Shown: positions 41,201 to 53,736, counted from the first letter of the whole stretch. The stretch: DNA of 56,317 bases, filler included, from Platydemus manokwari (GCA_037951405.1; 6 parts of 6 records of this genome joined end to end with filler, not necessarily neighbours in it); one strand, 5' to 3'. Translations and numbers: made by a program. Notes: generated from the letters alone by a model not told the origin.

Positions 41201-43370
41201 GAAAATATTTGAATAACACTGAAACATGACGCTATGAAATTGAAATTCAATATTTCAACTTGATTTTGATTGTTTTCGGTGTATGTATGTTAGTCATTGA
41301 TGCGGCATACTTGTGTTGAATATCAAAAAGATATTTTGCACAGAATCACGATACAATCTAAAATGTGCTCAAAGAAATATGGGCTAAAATTGTATTAGTT
41401 GTATTAAATACAAATTATGAGGTTTTTAAAATGAATTATAAAAAGTCAAAATACAAACACAATTTCGTGTTTTGTAAATTTTCGACTTGATTATAATGTC
41501 TGCTTTTAAAAAATGATAGTGGCCTATACAAATCATTAATGATGATATCTAAAATTAATTTGGATAGTTTATTTATAAATAGTTTTCAGATCTATGATAG
41601 TTAAACGATATTATAATTATAGAAATGTAATAACAAAAGGAAAATTATAAATATGCTAATTTAAGCACTTTCTTATAGAAGATCTGCATACGCTATTAGT
41701 AAGGCATGAAATTCCTGTAATCATTAGTCTAGAGTTGCTTCAAATTCTTCGCATTCTATTCTCGAATTCTGATTCATCTGTTTGACAGGAAGTCATTGTT
41801 ATCTTTCTTTCATGTTTTGTTTAACCGCTATCAATTGTTGCAAAATAAAAATTCATATCACGTGACCATCTTAAATTGCTGTTTTAACGGGCGATATGTT
41901 TTTCATTTTAAATTATTTCTTACAATATAATCTATCATTTATATTTTAAATTTTTTTAAAACGTTTTTGTGTGCATTATTCTCTCCTTGTTTCTCTATGA
42001 CATTTATGCAGTAGTAAATAAGTAGTGATTATATTATTATTTTAATATTTTATTTATTATGTCACACCACTATCGGTTGAAATGCAATATTGACTATCAA
42101 TTGGGTTGAGTTCTCTGAAATTATTGAATGGTTATTTGGACCAATGAGTATCTCTATTCAATTTTAGAAAATAAATAATTAGAGGAAAATAGAAATAAAT
42201 TCCATAAATTATTATAACCGCATATTATTATTATTAAATTATATTCATTCTCGGCTAATGATAATTTAATTTCGTCAATGTTCGGCAAATTGAAAGCATA
42301 AATTTATTGAAAATCGCCTTAAATACATTGAAATACAGTCTACTAAATAAAGTGATGAAGATGTTAAGATTGGAAATAAACCGACGGAAATTTTTATTTT
42401 TAAAATTATTAAATTATTAAAACGACTGAAAACGATTGGAAAAAATTTGTAATTAAAATATTATTTGTAAATAATTGGTGAAAAACAAGTAATCAATATA
42501 TAATCGTTCCTTGTTTTCAAATGTAAAGGCGTCTCTCTAATAATGTCGAAATTATGTATTTAAAAAAGCTTTAATTTTAAAAATGATTATTTTAATCTTC
42601 CAAATTTTTCAGTAATGTTTAATGACTACTGGTATCATTTAACATGGCATTTACAAGGAAAATTACTACAGTGCTATTCAAGAGCCAATTATATTATTTT
42701 ATTTGAGTTATATACGCTGGTTATAATGTAGAAATACAGACTTAAAACAAAGTTTAACAAAAATGTTTATTCTATTAAAACAAATAATTTAAAAATCAGA
42801 ATCGATTAATACTGGGTGGCCTAGTGTGCAGGCGCTTTAACACCCTAAAACATGATAATATTATGTAAAATAAAATATTATCAACATACTCTATATGTAT
42901 ATATATGTGTGTATATGTGTGTCTGTGTGTGTGTCTGTGTGTCTTACTTAAACTATTTCTTATACTATATATAATAAATTTCTAAATTTAAACAAAGTTT
43001 TGTGTTTTTTAATTTAATATTTTTCAACTATTTATACCAGTTGATACTATGTATTTGATATAATAATTATAATTAATTATAATTAATTATTATTTTAAAT
43101 ATTATTTTAAATTAATTATCTGATTGAGCCACGATCATCCTTCATACTCGTAGCTCAAACTGTGAACTATTGTGAAATGGATTTTTCTACTCCAATGGGA
43201 TTTATTCTGACGGCAAAAATGACACAAAATTTATTACCGATCAGCTCTTTAAAATCCCGTCGGGTTTTGCTTGAATTTTTAGCTACAAGTAATTCTAGGT
43301 TTTGAATTACTTGATGAATTCATCTCAAAATTTGCATATAAACGAATAGCTATTCTCTAAATTTCTTTGA

Positions 43371-43429
43371 GTCATATCTGTCTCCGGTCCAAGGCACTGA
43401 TGAGGCCCATTGAAGGCCGAAATAAAGAC
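43371..43429 (+). ncRNA. Hammerhead ribozyme, type III topology (HH1), predicted cleavage after C43378
   Basis: AUC site, stem I UGUCU/AGGCA, core CUGAUGA (43397-43403), stem II GGCC-CAUUGAA-GGCC, GAAA (43419-43422). Stem III is GUC-A-UAU / AUA-AA-GAC (imperfect). Confidence 0.8.
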
Positions 43430-43493
43430 AATATCCATATCATAAAACCACCATTACTATCATTGCAACTATCGCTCCAGAGGCTCCGAGAGA

Positions 43494-43553
43494 TCATCCT
43501 ATATATCTTTGAACCGCGATACTGATGATGGTTATGAAAAACCGAAATAAGAC
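43494..43553 (+). ncRNA. Hammerhead ribozyme, type III topology (HH2), predicted cleavage after A43503
   Basis: AUA site, stem I UAUC/GAUA, core CUGAUGA (43522-43528) plus one extra U, stem II GGUU-AUGAAA-AACC, GAAA (43544-43547). Stem III is UCCUAU/AUAAGA with one mismatch. Confidence 0.7.
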
Positions 43554-44415
43554 TAATTTTTCAATAAAGGTAGTTTATTTACTCATTTATTTTTTTAATA
43601 TTTTGACCACTTAACATTTTGAAAATATTTTAATATTATCGTGTATTAGATAAACGGTTTTTTATAGAAATTGATATCACAAAATCTTCGATTATTCCTC
43701 TTTGAAAATTATTCTAAGAGCTTACTGAATAATGTCACCTAGTTATTTAGAATCAATATTTCGGATTATCAATAATATATTTTCATTATCTTATCCAATT
43801 AAAAAACAAATTCAATCTCTCTTTCAATCAATTATGTTTACATAATCTAATTTTCCAATATTTATTACAATTCGATTTAGAAATTTTCAATATTTTCAAT
43901 CATTATGTGTACAATATCGGAAATTTATAAAATTCAAATACAATATTTTCCAATTTATATTTATTGATATTTACAAAATATAAGTCTCGATTTTTGAATT
44001 TCATTCCTGAAGTTTCAGTATATCTTTTGAAGACATTTTCAGTCAGATATTTTCATTGAGTCTTTGGAGATACACGGAGTACTTACGTTTTACATTGTTT
44101 GAAGGATCCAGGGCATGTATAAATTATTTTGTAAAATATTTCTTTTACATTTTTAACATTAAAATTTTCATAACACTTTGTAAATAAATAAGACAGACTG
44201 AAGTTGAGATATGCCACCACCATGTATATAAGACTAGGACGACGGCCATTTTGATTAGAAATATCGAAGTTTTCTTCTTTGTTTTGAGAATAACTCGTAA
44301 AAGTGACGAAACATAAATTCATATTGTCAATGAAGTCTATTTTTGAAGACCATTTAAATACAGTGGAGTATCGATTAGTCATCTAATCTCAAATTCAGTT
44401 ATATACAGGTCTATA

Positions 44416-44623
44416 CAGTATTTTCCGGACTATAAGATGTACCCTCACTATGAACTGACTGATTAAATTAAAATAAAAATGTACAGCAAAATGTAATGCT
44501 CTTTATCATCTAAAGTGTCACATTCGCTTATATTAACATCACCACAATCTTTTTTAATATTCCTGCCTTAACAAATCCTAAAAATCTCTATTAAAGTGTG
44601 CCTTATAGTCGCTTAAAATACGG
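44416..44623. mobile_element. Tc1/mariner-superfamily (pogo/Tc2-like) MITE
   Basis: TIRs CAGTATTTTCCGGACTATAAG / CTTATAGTCGCTTAAAATACGG, with TA on the left flank. Confidence 0.7.
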
Positions 44624-44892
44624 TGTATATATATATCAACTATTTCATATACGAAGTATGTTTTCTTTGAGATCCTTGTGAAGTATTAGGCTTATTATTT
44701 CTGGGCTGAGTATATTTTTGATAAATTAATATTAACCAAAACTTCAATAATGGTTGTAACAAGCAGTCCGGTGTTATTCTTTGTCGCTTATAGGTTATGA
44801 AGAGTTCTGAATATTTAATTAATTGATAGACTGTATATCCATAAATATATTTCGTTGATTGATACTTCTCATTTTTATCATGGAATTAATAG

Positions 44893-45902
44893 GACGAACC
44901 AGTCAGTGCTCAAAGTCTCGCCTTTTCTCGTGATGGTGTAAAGCTGTATTGTGGATTTGATAAATGTATTCGTGTGTACGATATAACGCGACTTTCCGAT
45001 ATTCCAGAACGCCGACCTCGTATTGGAAGTAATAATGTTATATGAGTTTTATAATTATTTATTTCTAATATCAATTTCCATTTATCGCACCATTTAATGA
45101 TTATCTTCAATGGATTGATAATGAAATATTTTGTCCAATAGATAAATCCGATTTGAGAGGAATCATATCTTGTATCGCTACTAGTTCTGTCAATATTGGC
45201 ATGTATGCATGTGGCTCTTATAGTAAAGATGCGGCAATATTTCACGAGAACTCCAAAGAGGAAATCATGGAATTCTTGAGAGCTGACGATAGAATTGGAG
45301 GAATTACTCACATTGAGTTCTCACCGACTGATATGAACTGTGTTGTTACTGGCAGCCGAATCGATAATGCTCTCCATGTGTGGGATTTGAGAAATCCTGG
45401 ATCACCGTTGTATGCAACAGCAAAGAGAAATGTTCAGACCAATCAAAGGATTTATTTCTCATTCGATCCGTGAGTTTCAATGATGTTCATGGAGATGTGA
45501 TTTGATTTTAATGATATTAGCACTGGCAACTATATCATGACGGGTAATCATGATGGTCAAGTTTCTGTATTCTCCATCAATGGTGGTCATATTGTGGTTG
45601 ATGATGAATATATTCTACCGAAAATTGCTGAATGGTCAGCTCATAATGATGTCTGCAATGGTCTTTCACTTCATCCATATTTGCCATTATTAGCAACATG
45701 TTCCGGTCAAAGGAGAATTGTGCCACCATGGCGTCGACAAGGCATGTTGAATTCGAATGGTAATCAGAATTCGGGAGATGATTCTGATGATTGGTCAACT
45801 GATGAAGATAATGATGTCATGTTCGGTGTTGATGAAAACCAACTGAAAATTTGGTCTTATCCAGTCATTAATGAGGTTTTAAATAGAAATAATGAGTTTT
45901 AA
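44893..45902 (+). CDS. WRAP53: WRAP53/TCAB1 (telomerase Cajal body protein 1, WD40), 3' exons 44893-45028, 45142-45469, 45521-45902; 5' exons not found
   Basis: In-frame join: DEPVSAQSLAFSRDGVKLYCGFDKCIRVYD...RGIISCIA...YACGSY...GGITHIEFSP...WDLRNPG...TNQRIYFSFDPTG...HNDVCNGLSLHPYLPLLATCSGQR. These are hallmark WRAP53 motifs. Confidence 0.92.
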
Positions 45903-47395
45903 CCTTGTTTTATTGGCTTTTTATTTCATATTGTCTTGTATTGATCCAAGCTCGATTGATAGTTTTTGAATTTGTGCAAATATCTTGTTTATATTCACGA
46001 TGTTTAACTCGTTACATTTTAAAAATAATGTATTTCTATATTTTGGTACCAGTTGCCATGGACACCCGCTCAGTGATGGATTAAGAAAATTATTTTGGCT
46101 CATTCACTTATTTTTTATTCAAACTCACTATTACAGTGTCTCTTTCTTCAACAATGAATAAATGATAATTTTAGAAACATTCGATAGTTTATTGAGAACA
46201 ATATTAATAAATAATATTATGGCTACATGTGATGATATGTCTTTCAACATGGTTGGCATAAAGCAAATCTGTGTATGAAAATGAGCGGGTGTGACCGCTT
46301 TAATGTACTTATTTGATTACGAATTATTAAAATTATGAATGAGTGATTCCTGATTAAGAATTAGAAAAATTGCATTTATTTTCTTTGATTACGAATTAGT
46401 CTATGAAATTCTGGTACTGCATTTACCGCGTCGTGGTATGTCATGGAATTTACGGTTTCGGCCGCGGTACTCATTAAATAAATTATTTAGCGTGGGTTGG
46501 TTGGTTGAATTTAAATTTTTTGATTCGAAGGTGCTTCAGTAACTGGTATGAAGACCAAATTGCTGGAAAAATTATCTATTTAAACTAAAGGTCTGTCACA
46601 GAGAGGAACTGTCGTTGCTCTGGGTCTGAAATAATGAATCCCGAGAAAACAGAAAAACACGCTTTATTTTACTAAAATTGACGTAGTAATTAATATTATA
46701 CCGATACGATCAAGAACGCTAGCTGAGGTGATAATATTTATTAATGACAAAACCGAGAAATAACATTTGATATGAAAAACAACAAAAAAACGAGAGTTCA
46801 AATGACCAGTACCTTGCCTATGCAACTAACCGGTAAATCCGTAAGATGAACGAAGCAGAATGTTAATGAATGCAGGAGATGGTGGTTATCGACACCTCGA
46901 ATAGTTATAATTAATTGTTATAAATGGAATATAATTAATACACCGTATACGTAACTTATTAATTAATAATATGTTAATTTAAAATGATAATGATTTCACG
47001 TGAAAAGTCTAATTACTAACAACAAACGAGCCATTATTCTTATGTTTATTCTAGGAATAAAAATGACGAATAATAGGAAAATCAAATATCGGATTTGAAT
47101 AAAAATTAATCAATTCCTTATATTGATAAAAGAAGTTGCTGTCGAATAATTCCAAAATCCAATAAGCGAATTAAAATAAAAATCGATTAATTCGGTGTCG
47201 ATGGCTGCTTCATAAATCATTTGCTCGTCAATGAATAAATTGTGGGTGTACAACTAATTCCAACCACCGTATTTATAGTTGATTAATAGATACTATAAAT
47301 TGATCATCCTAGTTGACCTTATTATGTATTTATTGTTGTTTATTTATTTTATATTTATTCTGACTAGCAGCTCTTTTATATAATCACTTTATATA

Positions 47396-47494
47396 TTAGG
47401 TTGTAAATAAAGTTCGTGGACAAAATTGGAAATAAAAATTTGTTGTACATAAATTTATTTAAAACAACAACTATCCCTCAAAATAAAGTCCGTC
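47396..47494 (-). mobile_element. Mariner 3' end (TIR plus last transposase codons)
   Basis: TA-TTAGGTTG TIR; the minus strand reads DGLYFEG*, a typical mariner C-terminus. Confidence 0.65.
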
Positions 47495-47594
47495 NNNNNN
47501 NNNNNNNNNNNNNNNNNNNNNNNNNNNNNNNNNNNNNNTTAATTAATTAANNNNNNNNNNNNNNNNNNNNNNNNNNNNNNNNNNNNNNNNNNNN

Positions 47595-47730
47595 CACAAA
47601 TTGCCCGAAAGATGGGGAAATGTTGTAACTTCCGATGGACATTACTTTGGATAACAGAATTGTTCAAGATTTTCTTTAATAAACACTCAATTGTTCTAAA
47701 AAAATTCCGGTTTTTAAGTTATAGACCCAA
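47595..47730 (+). mobile_element. Mariner 3' end (transposase C-terminus plus TIR)
   Basis: Reads HKLPERWGNVVTSDGHYFG* (mariner LPERW..VV..DG.YF motif), then a TIR ending ...ACCCAA followed by TA. Confidence 0.8.
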
Positions 47731-49517
47731 TAGTAAATCAATAAATTCTAAATCATAGCAACTCATTAATTTTCACATATTTATCGAGCTCCTTCATAAA
47801 TCTGAAGTAATTTAATTAAGCCCATGAAAACATAGCAATAATAACCCGTGATCAAGAGATGATTAACATTGATTATGAGTTCCAGAGGGTTATAATATTA
47901 TTTATTTCAGTTTTCGTATTCTTGCACTCATTTGCGAGTACCGCTAAAATCAAATAATTTACATCCATTGTAAATCTTTTAACTAATCATCCTAGAGGTC
48001 TTTCTTAACATATTTGTGATAAATGGGTTCATTTCAATGACCTTGAGACGTACTACTTCATAAATAGAGTGAATTCATTTCCTTCAGTCATTCTTTCTTA
48101 AGTAGACAGCACATAAAATACATTGGCGTTAGAATAATCCTTTTTCTCTCGACAATATATTTTATAATCTTGTTTTACTTGATCGATTATCGTATTTACA
48201 TATGTACCATAATAAAAGGATATCGCACACCTACAAATCCAAATTATAATTGGAGTCAGACTCTCATTGATAATCACTCAGAATCGCATGCAAAATTATT
48301 GATACGTGAATTCGATTGAATACCTCTAAAAACCTTTCCCTTGAATGAATCGACCAAACTAAATAACTTAATACCATTGGCCAGACAACCTTTTATGCAA
48401 TCACGCTAATATATTCCTTGTTTATTAAAGAAATCTTTCATAAGTATTTTTTTCCACTTTTCTTTCAGTTTAAGAAATAATTGACATTATTCGCTTGATG
48501 GATTTATCTGTCAGTTGATTGACGAATAGCTGAGCATATTATTATCGATATCGATCTGTTAATTTCTCTCCAAAAAATTGATGTTCACAAATGAATAACC
48601 CTGTATAATTTCACTTATCATTAACCGTGAACTAATAATCTCAACAGGGGAAGTGTAATCAGCTTTTATTGACGGATTAATTATTGATCACAATAGATAA
48701 TTAATCCATTAGCACGGTTGCATCTGTGCAGTAGCCTGACATTGTGAAATACAATTCTGTATCAGTATAATACCAGATCTGTTTCAAGTGAATGGCAAAT
48801 TTGATGAAACTTCTGTTCGGAATTCTATTAAGCCCATGCATTGCCTTCGCTTAATACCTATATGGTGACATTTGTTAATCCAAAGCCTCACATATCATTT
48901 TAGAAAAAAGCTGAGATGAAATCAAAATTTAATTACAATAAGCTCTACAACCGACCAAATGATTTATGTTGTAAACCTACATGGTTAATGGAGTTACATT
49001 GTAGAAAATTTCAACAACTAAAGTAGATGACTATGCCATCGTGTTCTGAATCATTTTCCTAGAGTGACTGGAGTAAGTACCGCAATTTTAATTTACTGAC
49101 AATATGCTTAAATCATTTCTCAATAATTGATACCAGATCTGTTTCAGATACTATCACAGTACAGTGTATGAGTTCACTAATTTGTTTATTTGAGATTTGA
49201 GAGAATTTGTATTTAGGCTTTAATCTTTTAACGCCTGTCATTAATGGGTTTCTTATTCTATATTGCCCTCCCAAGGGGAATAAACTATTCACATGATCTT
49301 GGCGTCAACACGGTTATATTTTCGAAGGGAAAATGTTCAACGGTTTAGGGCGACTGACTTTTAATCTGAAAGTAAAAATTGAAGAAAATACTTAAATTGC
49401 AAATTCTTTTTGAGAGAAGTGAATCAGTTCTGAGTCTTTCAAAACTGTTAGGATGGGGGTACCATTTGTTTTATTATTAAGCTCAGTTAGTGTGATTTCA
49501 TAAAACGTGATGACGTT

Positions 49518-50112
49518 AGCTAAAGTCAGGAAAAGGGATACTAAAATGAAATTTTAAATTTGTTGAGTGTATTGCAAAAATCTATATAGTTTATTTAATT
49601 ATATCCTTTAAAATCATTTTGAATTTTTTATTGAAATGCTTAAGAAGAATTTTAGTTGTTTGAAATCAAATATTAAATACACTACAGCGTCAAAAATTCT
49701 AAAATTTGATTATTTGATAAAGGGGGTCAAAGTAGATCGAGTTGCAATTCATTAAAAATTATCGAGGATCCCTTTTTTAACATTAGAAGCAAAAATTCTG
49801 AATTTTTGCAATTAATTTATAAAAATAAACAATGACATTATTAAACATGTCTGCAGTAAGCTAATTTCTTATTTAAAAAAATAAATTTAAAAACTCAAAT
49901 AATCATATAGAAGTTTTATGGTTAGAATAGGAACTTGGCTGTAAAACCACGGTTTGCATCTATTAGCCATCTTTAAAACTTAGTCATTAACTGAAATATA
50001 CGAATAAATCAAACATCGCAATTATATATATAACCAAGTTATAAAATTATCTCATGCGCGAAAATTCATTATTACTAAGTAGGTCAAAGGACCCATTTTC
50101 TTAACTTTAGCC
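49518..50112 (+). mobile_element. MITE family A copy 4
   Basis: AGCTAAAGTCAGGAAAAGGG...GGACCCATTTTCTTAACTTTAGCC, collinear interior. Confidence 0.85.
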
Positions 50113-53100
50113 CAATATTTAATTATATCAGGATTTTGCACATTGACCGTGGGTTCGCAACTAACAGTAAGCGAATTATTTAATGATAGAACTATACTGC
50201 GCGATATTGGTGAGAAGGATTTTGATTTGTCTATCAGTAGAGTTCTCATAAAACCTTCAAGATACAAACACCACTAGCAGATGATTGTTGCATCTATCTC
50301 ATCAATGTGTTTCCGACAGAAATTATGAATGATAATCGACGTGTGTTAGAAGAACAAGAAAAAGACAAATGATTTGTCACAGAAACATGTGCTTCAATGG
50401 TGTTTGTAGAATTATTGTTCGATTCGACAAAGATAAATCATTAAATTAAACAGCAAAAACTGCATTTTCTGTCGATTTATAATGAAACTCTCTAACACAT
50501 TGATGGAATGAAGTAATTTTAAGCAATCGAAACAATTTATCTTCGAACTTATTAAAATTTTCCACCATTATTTATTGAATTTATAAAGAATATTTTGCTC
50601 ATTAATTCCATCTAGAAATGATTTTTTTCCCAGAGATGCCATTGATTATCGTCGAGCTGTTTTACAATTTTTTTTTATTAATTGTTGAAATTCCTCACAC
50701 AATTTCGCTCACAGCAATAAATAACTTAACAGGGCTAATATTTGGAGATGAGTGATTTGAATATTGATGAAATTTGATGGCTGACAAAGCGATGTGGAGA
50801 ATGGATTAATATCTGATTGGATGTATTGGATTGCAAGCTTTCATTGACCTAGTTTTATAGCGATTATAGGTCATTGAAAAAGTAGAGAAACATTGAGAGA
50901 TAATGTCCATGAAGCTGTTATTTTATTGGAAATATTTTTGTTTATTGGTCATCAATTCCAAGGTCAATATAAATGTCTCCATAACATTATCTATATCTCT
51001 ATATTATTAGGCGTGTAGGATATGAAAAGAAGCAATTAAGGAGAATAAAAAGGCTTTGATTACCATTTTACAGGTTAATAAGCAGTGAACTTTGTATTCA
51101 TCAGTGCCGTAATAAAATCTCGAATTCAGCTTTAATGGCTTATTCATTGGAGAACTGGAACTATCGATCTTTTAATGATGACTCATATTCATTTGCTTGC
51201 TTATTTTGTTTCACACACACACACACATTTTATTAAAATACTCGATTAAGATACAAGAAAGAGGATATATTTTCTGCAAATCGAAATTTTTCTTTAATAA
51301 TAGAAATAACTGGATAATTCCGAAGAGAAGGGTTTAATAGTAACACAAGGACAAAGAAATTTATATTATCTGACAGAAAATTATTAAAATAAAACGTAAT
51401 TACCAAAATGTGAATTGTGTTGATTATTGATTATCTGATTTGTGTGCGTCTTCTCAAAAGACTAAAGAGAGCCTCAATGTTGTAAAGCATTTTTATGAAA
51501 CAGGAAATTTCCTCAAAATTACTCGACCTTCTGTCGAATACTCGATAGATCAATCGATCACAAGCCAGTCTCTTCTTTGATAGTATTATGGTGGACTTTA
51601 CGAAAATAAAATCTGTAAGCGGAAGACTTGATAAACGTAAGCTTGGGTGTTCTTGGTTAGACGCGGTATATACAAACCCATAAAATGTGTTGATACATCT
51701 GTTTCGAGGCCAATATCGTGGTTTGGAATTAAATCACCGATAAACGCTTACAGTGGGCTTTAAAAATCAATGAATTAAAAAATCATGTCGCTGTCACTGT
51801 TAATCGTTAAAAATTCAAGTATAACAAAATATCAGAAAATAAATTATTATTTCGCCTCATTACTCCATCTCAGACGGTACTCTCCCTAGTCAAACGAAAC
51901 TGGCAACAATAAGTAGTTATTAACTTAGTGTTCAATTACGTAGTGGTAATGATTGCAGAAGAGCATTTAAATGTAAATATGCTCTCACACTAACTCAATA
52001 ACCTCATCGTAGCGAAATGTGTCACCAGACCGAACCGACCATACATCAGAGGACAATCAATCAGCTAAACAAATCAACCAGGATTATTGAATAAAAAATA
52101 ATTTAGAGACACTTTAAATATTGTTTTACTCTTGATTTTATCGATGAATTTCTCCGAATTGAAAATTGTAACGATGTTTTCCAATTTCTTTTTCGCCTAT
52201 TTTTTAGAAATGGTAATTAATTGAATCGCTTAAATCTACGGGAAATGGTAATTAAATTTATTAGAAAATCTGGGAAATAATTAAGGATCCGTCATAGTTA
52301 TGATTTAGCTGAGATTTTTAGTTTTTCTACAGGAAATGCATAATCTCGAATAATTGCTTTTTGAGCAAAATACGTTTTATAAAGCACCTAATTCGTCATG
52401 GAATGCTTCTGTAATTTTGGAGATTAATCGATAATTTTTTTTATTTTGATTTAAGATGATAGTGAAATTGATTTCAATACAACTTCCAATACAAACACAG
52501 GTGATGTACTCAATGTAAATAAAAGCTTTCTTGTAGAGGGGCACAGATGAACATCGTCGAGATATGCTGGGTTTTGAGGGAAAGCATAGAAAGTCTAATA
52601 TAATTATTCGAGTTGAGTGTCGTCTTCGAGTACAAAACAAAGAGTTTTGAGAGATTTATAACGTAATTAAATTATTACAATTCATATTGATCAACCATCA
52701 AATAGATATAGATAACACGAATATGAGTTCCAATAAAGAATTTGAAAAAACCAAGTTACTCGAATGGCCTAGGAAGTGTTTAACGATTATCTATTTGATA
52801 GTCATTCGTAATAAATTACTCAGACCATGCTAGAGTATTGGCAAGATAATATATTATGAATTTGAAAGAAAATCGAGCCATTCCGGTTAATGTGAAGTTA
52901 GCTTCAATAATTTAAGCTCACAACTAATTACAGTTACAGTATTGAATTTCCGATGAGAATGATAATGTGACTGTATATGTATGAGAAATTATTGAGTCAT
53001 TGGTAGGAGATAGATTAAATCTAGCGGTCTGGTCTATTCAATAATAATTGATCAGGAAAGCTATGCTTATAAGTTTGATGTCCGCTTCTTTGGTTATTAT

Positions 53101-53138
53101 TATAATGGATATAATAATAATATTAACAATAATAATTT

Positions 53139-53736
53139 GGTCAAAGTTAAGAAAAATAAGGCCTAAATTAAAATTTCAAATTTGCGGAGTGTATTGAAAA
53201 AATCTATATAGGTGATTTAATTATATTTTTTAAAAACAATTTGAATTTTTGATTTCAGTACTTAAGAAGAATTTGAGTTGTTTGACGTTCAAATATGAAA
53301 TACACTGAAGCTTCAAAGTCCTCTAAAATTGGGTTACCTGAAGAACGGATAAAATTAGTTCGAATTGCAATAATTTTGAAGTTAGCTGTGGTCCCTTTTT
53401 AATATTAGAAGCAAATTGAGACAGAGTTTTAATTTTTACAATTATTTGATAAAAAAAACACAAGTAATACGAGCCAATTAAATATGATATGAGCTTTTTA
53501 AGTTCATTTATAATTAAATAAATTATAATTTACGAAATTAAAAATTCCTGTAAATGCGTTGTGATTAAAAAAGGAACTCGATATTAAAACAATATTTTGT
53601 CCATATTCAACATGCTAAAAAGAGAGAAATGAACTGCATTATATGAAAAAATTAAAAATCGCAATTATATATAAAATTATCTATTGAGGGAAAATTCCAA
53701 AAGTAGGTCACGGGACCCTTCTTCTTAATAAAAGCC
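53139..53736 (+). mobile_element. MITE family A copy 5 (most diverged)
   Basis: GGTCAAAGTTAAGAAAA...GGACCCTTCTTCTTAATAAAAGCC, collinear interior. Confidence 0.8.

Noticed and set aside
42250-42300. SANDNLI as a missing WRAP53 5' exon
   Set aside because: Flanking residues and splice sites do not fit.
44083-44382. 99-aa minus-strand ORF and most other 60-130 aa ORFs in the track
   Set aside because: No recognisable motifs; many are antisense shadows of real exons, or lie in repeats or low-complexity AT-rich DNA.
46417-46432. Partial complementarity to miR-124 (GCATTTACCGCGT)
   Set aside because: No seed match and no good pre-miRNA hairpin; plausible by chance.
46530-46900. Possible minus-strand two-exon gene end
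   Set aside because: Splice-like sites exist, but the upstream acceptor is poor and there is no recognisable protein.
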